A stretch of 64,000 nucleotides of DNA, taken from assembly GCA_965203895.1 (NCBI GenBank), contig CBDBDI010000003.1, positions 200,584 to 264,583 on the forward strand. The letters run 5' to 3'. This stretch comes from Dehalococcoidia bacterium (GTDB lineage: Bacteria > Chloroflexota > Dehalococcoidia > Lucifugimonadales > JADFKI01). The notes beneath the pieces were generated by a model. That model saw only the letters and a program-made list of their open reading frames with translations, did no database searches and had not been told where the DNA came from. Numbering within the stretch: position 1 is the first letter of the stretch; each line of letters begins with the position of its first letter. This document shows, piece by piece, positions 61,199 through 64,000 of this stretch. Both the position numbers and the translations under genes were made by a program.

Positions 61199-61208
61199 CG
61201 CCTATGCC
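61199..61208 (+). repeat. Third copy of CGCCTATGCC, upstream of the ATPase cassette
   Basis: The context is cagcgcctatgcctaagg. With the copies at 58871 and 58902 it brackets the two-gene cassette. Confidence 0.6.
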
Positions 61209-61283
61209 TAAGGCTAAACCCGCGGCGGCGCTCAATGTCTATGCGCCGTGCCGCGGGCTTGGGGTTGCTGCGCGGGCGCGGCG

Positions 61284-61610
61284 CTACTGCAGCGGCGAGT
61301 AGTCCGTGGGGGTTAGCGTGGTGTTGAAGACGCGCTTGACGATGAGGCCGTCGGCTTCGGATTCGGCGCGCACTTTCGCCCATTCGGGGTCGTTGCGGAA
61401 GGCGTTCCATGCGCGCTCGCGATGGGCGGCGTCCTCGAATGCGATGATGTAGATGAGGCGGTCGCTGTAGTCGCCCACGTCGGCGGTGAAGTAGCCGATG
61501 TTCTTGATGCCGTGCTTCTCGAATATCTTCATGGTGTGGTCTCGGAAGCGGGCGTTGATGTTGGGCAGTCTGCCGGGCAGGGTTTCGTACACGCGGTATT
61601 CGTAGAGCAT
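61284..61610 (-). CDS. NIPSNAP family protein
   Basis: MLYEYRVYETLPGRLPNINARFRDHTMKIFEKHGIKNIGYF...ERAWNAFRNDPEW. The ATG at 61610 follows aggagg. Confidence 0.8.
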   Translation of the reverse strand: MLYEYRVYETLPGRLPNINARFRDHTMKIFEKHGIKNIGYFTADVGDYSDRLIYIIAFEDAAHRERAWNAFRNDPEWAKVRAESEADGLIVKRVFNTTLTPTDYSPLQ

Positions 61611-61848
61611 AGGGGCGGCCTCCTGTGGCGTTGATGGGTTTAGCGTGATGGGTTTGTGGCGCAATTGTCTTTGCGTTGACGGCGTTTGTCAACTGCCTGC
61701 GCATCCAGTCGATGACTAGGTTGAGGGTTGAAGATACGCTTTTCGGCGGCGAATTCCCCCAGCGGCGCAAGTGGCTGGCGCAGCAAGTGCTCGTTGCTAT
61801 AATCGGAGCGGCCGCAGCGCGCCAACAAAGTAGATACGGACGAAGGCT

Positions 61849-62070
61849 ATGAGTTGGGCAAGCAGCGAAATCGTTAGCATATTTGTGTTCCTGTTGCCCG
61901 GATTCGTGGCGGCGGCGGTATTCTATTCGCTAAGTTCGTATCCCAAGCCCAATGAATTCGGACGGGGCATTTAGGCGCTAGTCTTCACGATGATTGGGCA
62001 AATCATCGCCTTGAGCGTCCAACAACTAACAATCAGGACAACAACGCCCATGAAATTTTTGTTATCATAG
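61849..62070 (+). pseudogene. Remnant of a membrane-protein gene with an in-frame TAG
   Basis: MSWASSEIVSIFVFLLPGFVAAAVFYSLSSYPKPNEFGRGI*ALVFTMIGQIIALSVQQLTIRTTTPMKFLLS*. It lies in an AT-rich stretch that has no ORF of 60 aa or more. Confidence 0.4.
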
Positions 62071-62321
62071 TACCTGTGGAAGATGTAAAAATGGTAGAGT
62101 TTATGGAACCGGGCGTTTATGATGATGTTGCGAAGTAGGATATGGTTAGAAAATCGAAACCGTCGTAGCGCAGACTTCGCGAACTTTCAGGAAATAGAGC
62201 GGCTAGGCATATCCGCAAAGCCTGAAAGCATCAGGAAACTGCCGCTATCGCCGCCAAGGCAGAAGTAACGCAGACTGCAGCCGTTGCGTCGGCTAATCGG
62301 TGGTTCGCGCGTCGCAGCAAT

Positions 62322-62406
62322 GGGGAAGTGTCGGAATTGGCAGACGAGCATGACTTAGGATCATGTGCCGCAAGGCGTGGGAGTTCGAGTCTCCCCTTCC
62401 CCACCA
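62322..62406 (+). tRNA. tRNA-Leu (anticodon TAG)
   Basis: Acceptor GGGGAAG/CTTCCCC, anticodon arm CATGA-CTTAGGA-TCATG, long variable arm, T-loop GAGTTCGAGTCTC, encoded CCA. Confidence 0.9.
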
Positions 62407-62578
62407 TCGCCTCTACTTCTTGCCGCAGCCTAACGCGACGCACACTCAGCGGCGTGAGTACCCCTAGAACAGCGCGTTGAGCGCATCCTGCGGGCTAATT
62501 GCGGGTATGGGCGAATGCGTGAAATCCCTTGTAATGATGTACTGAGAACCGCATGCAATAGCCCGCGAAATGCGCCCG

Positions 62579-64000
62579 CTATCCCCCCAGCGCTTGCTTT
62601 GCGGCGGCTTCGCCCGCTATCTTGCCGAACACCGCGCCCGACATCAGCCCTGAGCCGCCCGGATAGTTGTTGTAGAACAGCCCGCCCGTCAGCTCGCCGG
62701 CGGCGTACAAGCCGGGGATGGGCGCGTTCTCGCCGTCTATCACCTGCGCCGATGCGTTTATCTTCAGCCCGCCGAATGTGAATGTCAGCCCGCAGGTTAC
62801 CGCATAGCCCATATACGGCGGCTCATCCAGCGTCAGCGCCCAGTTGGACTTGGGCGGCGCAATGCCTTCGGTGCGCTTGCCGTCCAATGCGGTGGGGTTG
62901 TACTCCCCCGGCTGCACGGCTGCGTTGTATTCGCTGACCGTCCGCGCCAGCGCCGCCGCATCGATGCCAAGCCCGTCCGCAAGCGCCTCAACGCTGTTCG
63001 CCTCCACTACTGACGCCTGCGGTATGAAGTATTCGTCGCGCAGCAGATGCTTTGTCTTTTGATCGAAGAGTTGAAACGCCACGCGCTGCGGTTGCGCTAG
63101 TATCTCTTTGCCGTACTTGGCGTAGGTGTAGTTGCGCAGATCCGCCCCTTCATCAACGAAGCGCCTGCCCTCCACATTCACGATTAGCCCGAATGGATAT
63201 GAGTGCTTCTGAAAGAGATCCGCGATGTTGCGGTCGCCGAACTGCGGGGCGTTCATATCCCAAGCGACGGCGTGGCAGCCGCTCCAATGCCCGTATGACT
63301 GCGCCCCGATGTCCAGCGCCATCCGTATGCCGTCCCCGGTGTTGAACTGCGTCCCGCGCACCTTCGCCAGCTCCCAGCCCGGGCCCAAGTAACGCGTCCG
63401 CATCTCAGCGTTGGACTCGAAGCCGCCGCACGCCAGAACCACCGCTTGCGTCTCGATGTCGCGGTAGCCATCTGCGCCGCGCACCCGCAATCCCGTTATG
63501 CGCCCCCGATTGTCCGTGATAAGACTATCCGCCTTCGTCTGATAAAGTACGGGAACGCCTTTGCGCTGCAAGATGTCGAACTGCTGGTCGACAAGCCCTT
63601 TGCCTGCGCCCACCGCCTCCACAATCAGCCCGCCCCAAAAGCGCAACGCCCCTTCGTGGCGGAACGCCTGCCGCCCGTATGCGAGTATCCAGCGCACGCC
63701 TTGCCGCTGCAGCCACTGCATCGTTGGATAGGACTGCGATACTAGCGTTTGCGCCAGTTCGGGGTCGGACAAGCCTTCGGTAACGCGCATCAGGTCGTCA
63801 TAGAACTGCGCTTGGGTGTAGCGCCCCACGTCGATGCTGCGCCGTTCCTCTTCGCCAATCTCAGGGATGATGTCCACAATCTGGTCTATGCCGTCGTATG
63901 CGAAACGGAACAGCCCGCCGGTGAAGAACGAGTTGCCGCCGCGCAGATACTCAGGCGCGCGCTCCAACACCAGCGCCGACGCCCCCTGTTCGGCGGCCGC
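62579..64000 (-). CDS. FAD-binding dehydrogenase (fumarate reductase flavoprotein / tricarballylate dehydrogenase TcuA-like); 5' end outside the window
   Basis: The frame is open to the window edge (..AAAEQGASALVLERAPEYLRGGNS). VLACGGFESN, and C-terminal GLYAAGELTGGLFYNNYPGGSGLMSGAVFGKIAG. Confidence 0.75.
   Translation of the reverse strand, partial: AAAEQGASALVLERAPEYLRGGNSFFTGGLFRFAYDGIDQIVDIIPEIGEEERRSIDVGRYTQAQFYDDLMRVTEGLSDPELAQTLVSQSYPTMQWLQRQGVRWILAYGRQAFRHEGALRFWGGLIVEAVGAGKGLVDQQFDILQRKGVPVLYQTKADSLITDNRGRITGLRVRGADGYRDIETQAVVLACGGFESNAEMRTRYLGPGWELAKVRGTQFNTGDGIRMALDIGAQSYGHWSGCHAVAWDMNAPQFGDRNIADLFQKHSYPFGLIVNVEGRRFVDEGADLRNYTYAKYGKEILAQPQRVAFQLFDQKTKHLLRDEYFIPQASVVEANSVEALADGLGIDAAALARTVSEYNAAVQPGEYNPTALDGKRTEGIAPPKSNWALTLDEPPYMGYAVTCGLTFTFGGLKINASAQVIDGENAPIPGLYAAGELTGGLFYNNYPGGSGLMSGAVFGKIAGEAAAKQALGG

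Overview
This is a high-GC bacterial chromosomal segment. The gene content (many SDR, LLM and crotonase genes, thiolase+DUF35 pairs, Uma2, PaREP1-like genes) hints at Chloroflexota, but that is inference only. I support about 60 protein genes and 3 tRNAs: Leu-CAA, Ser-GCT and Leu-TAG.

The backbone is housekeeping: aceB-type malate synthase, ybaK-like deacylase, hdc, moaD/moaE, miaB, nadA/nadC, gltX, purQ/purL, dtd, rluD, lspA, pepN, acyl-CoA synthetase, and lipid/CoA metabolism genes.

Accessory patches sit inside this backbone:
- (a) Tandem DNA-methyltransferase-HNH paralogs at the left edge. The second copy is visibly decaying.
- (b) A restriction-modification island at 7.6-12.7 kb. It has a 969-aa gamma-class N6-methylase fusion protein plus a convergent SPPY methylase and putative endonuclease pair.
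- (c) A 528-aa orphan gene at 23.7 kb.
- (d) An AT-richer cassette at 42.5-44.3 kb encoding an RHH-domain protein and a clear prokaryotic viperin (pVip), with a near-consensus promoter and operator-like repeats.
- (e) A PaREP1-like / DUF2283 / PaREP1-like trio at 46.7-47.8 kb.
- (f) A translationally coupled ABC/AAA_21-type ATPase plus an unrecognisable 161-aa partner at 59.0-61.0 kb. It is bracketed by CGCCTATGCC direct repeats and lies near tRNA-Leu(TAG). I rank this as the best candidate for an undescribed defence-type system.

A dispersed, non-palindromic ~28-nt element (TTTAACGCAAAGGCGCAGRGRCGCAAAG, three tandem RCGCARAG octamers) occurs at least 11 times in intergenic DNA. It usually lies just after stop codons and often flanks the accessory cassettes.

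All calls come from reading the translated ORFs and the nucleotide sequence by eye. No database search, HMM, fold prediction or computed GC profile was available. Many long ORFs in the six-frame track are antisense shadows of real genes in this GC-rich DNA and were not called.
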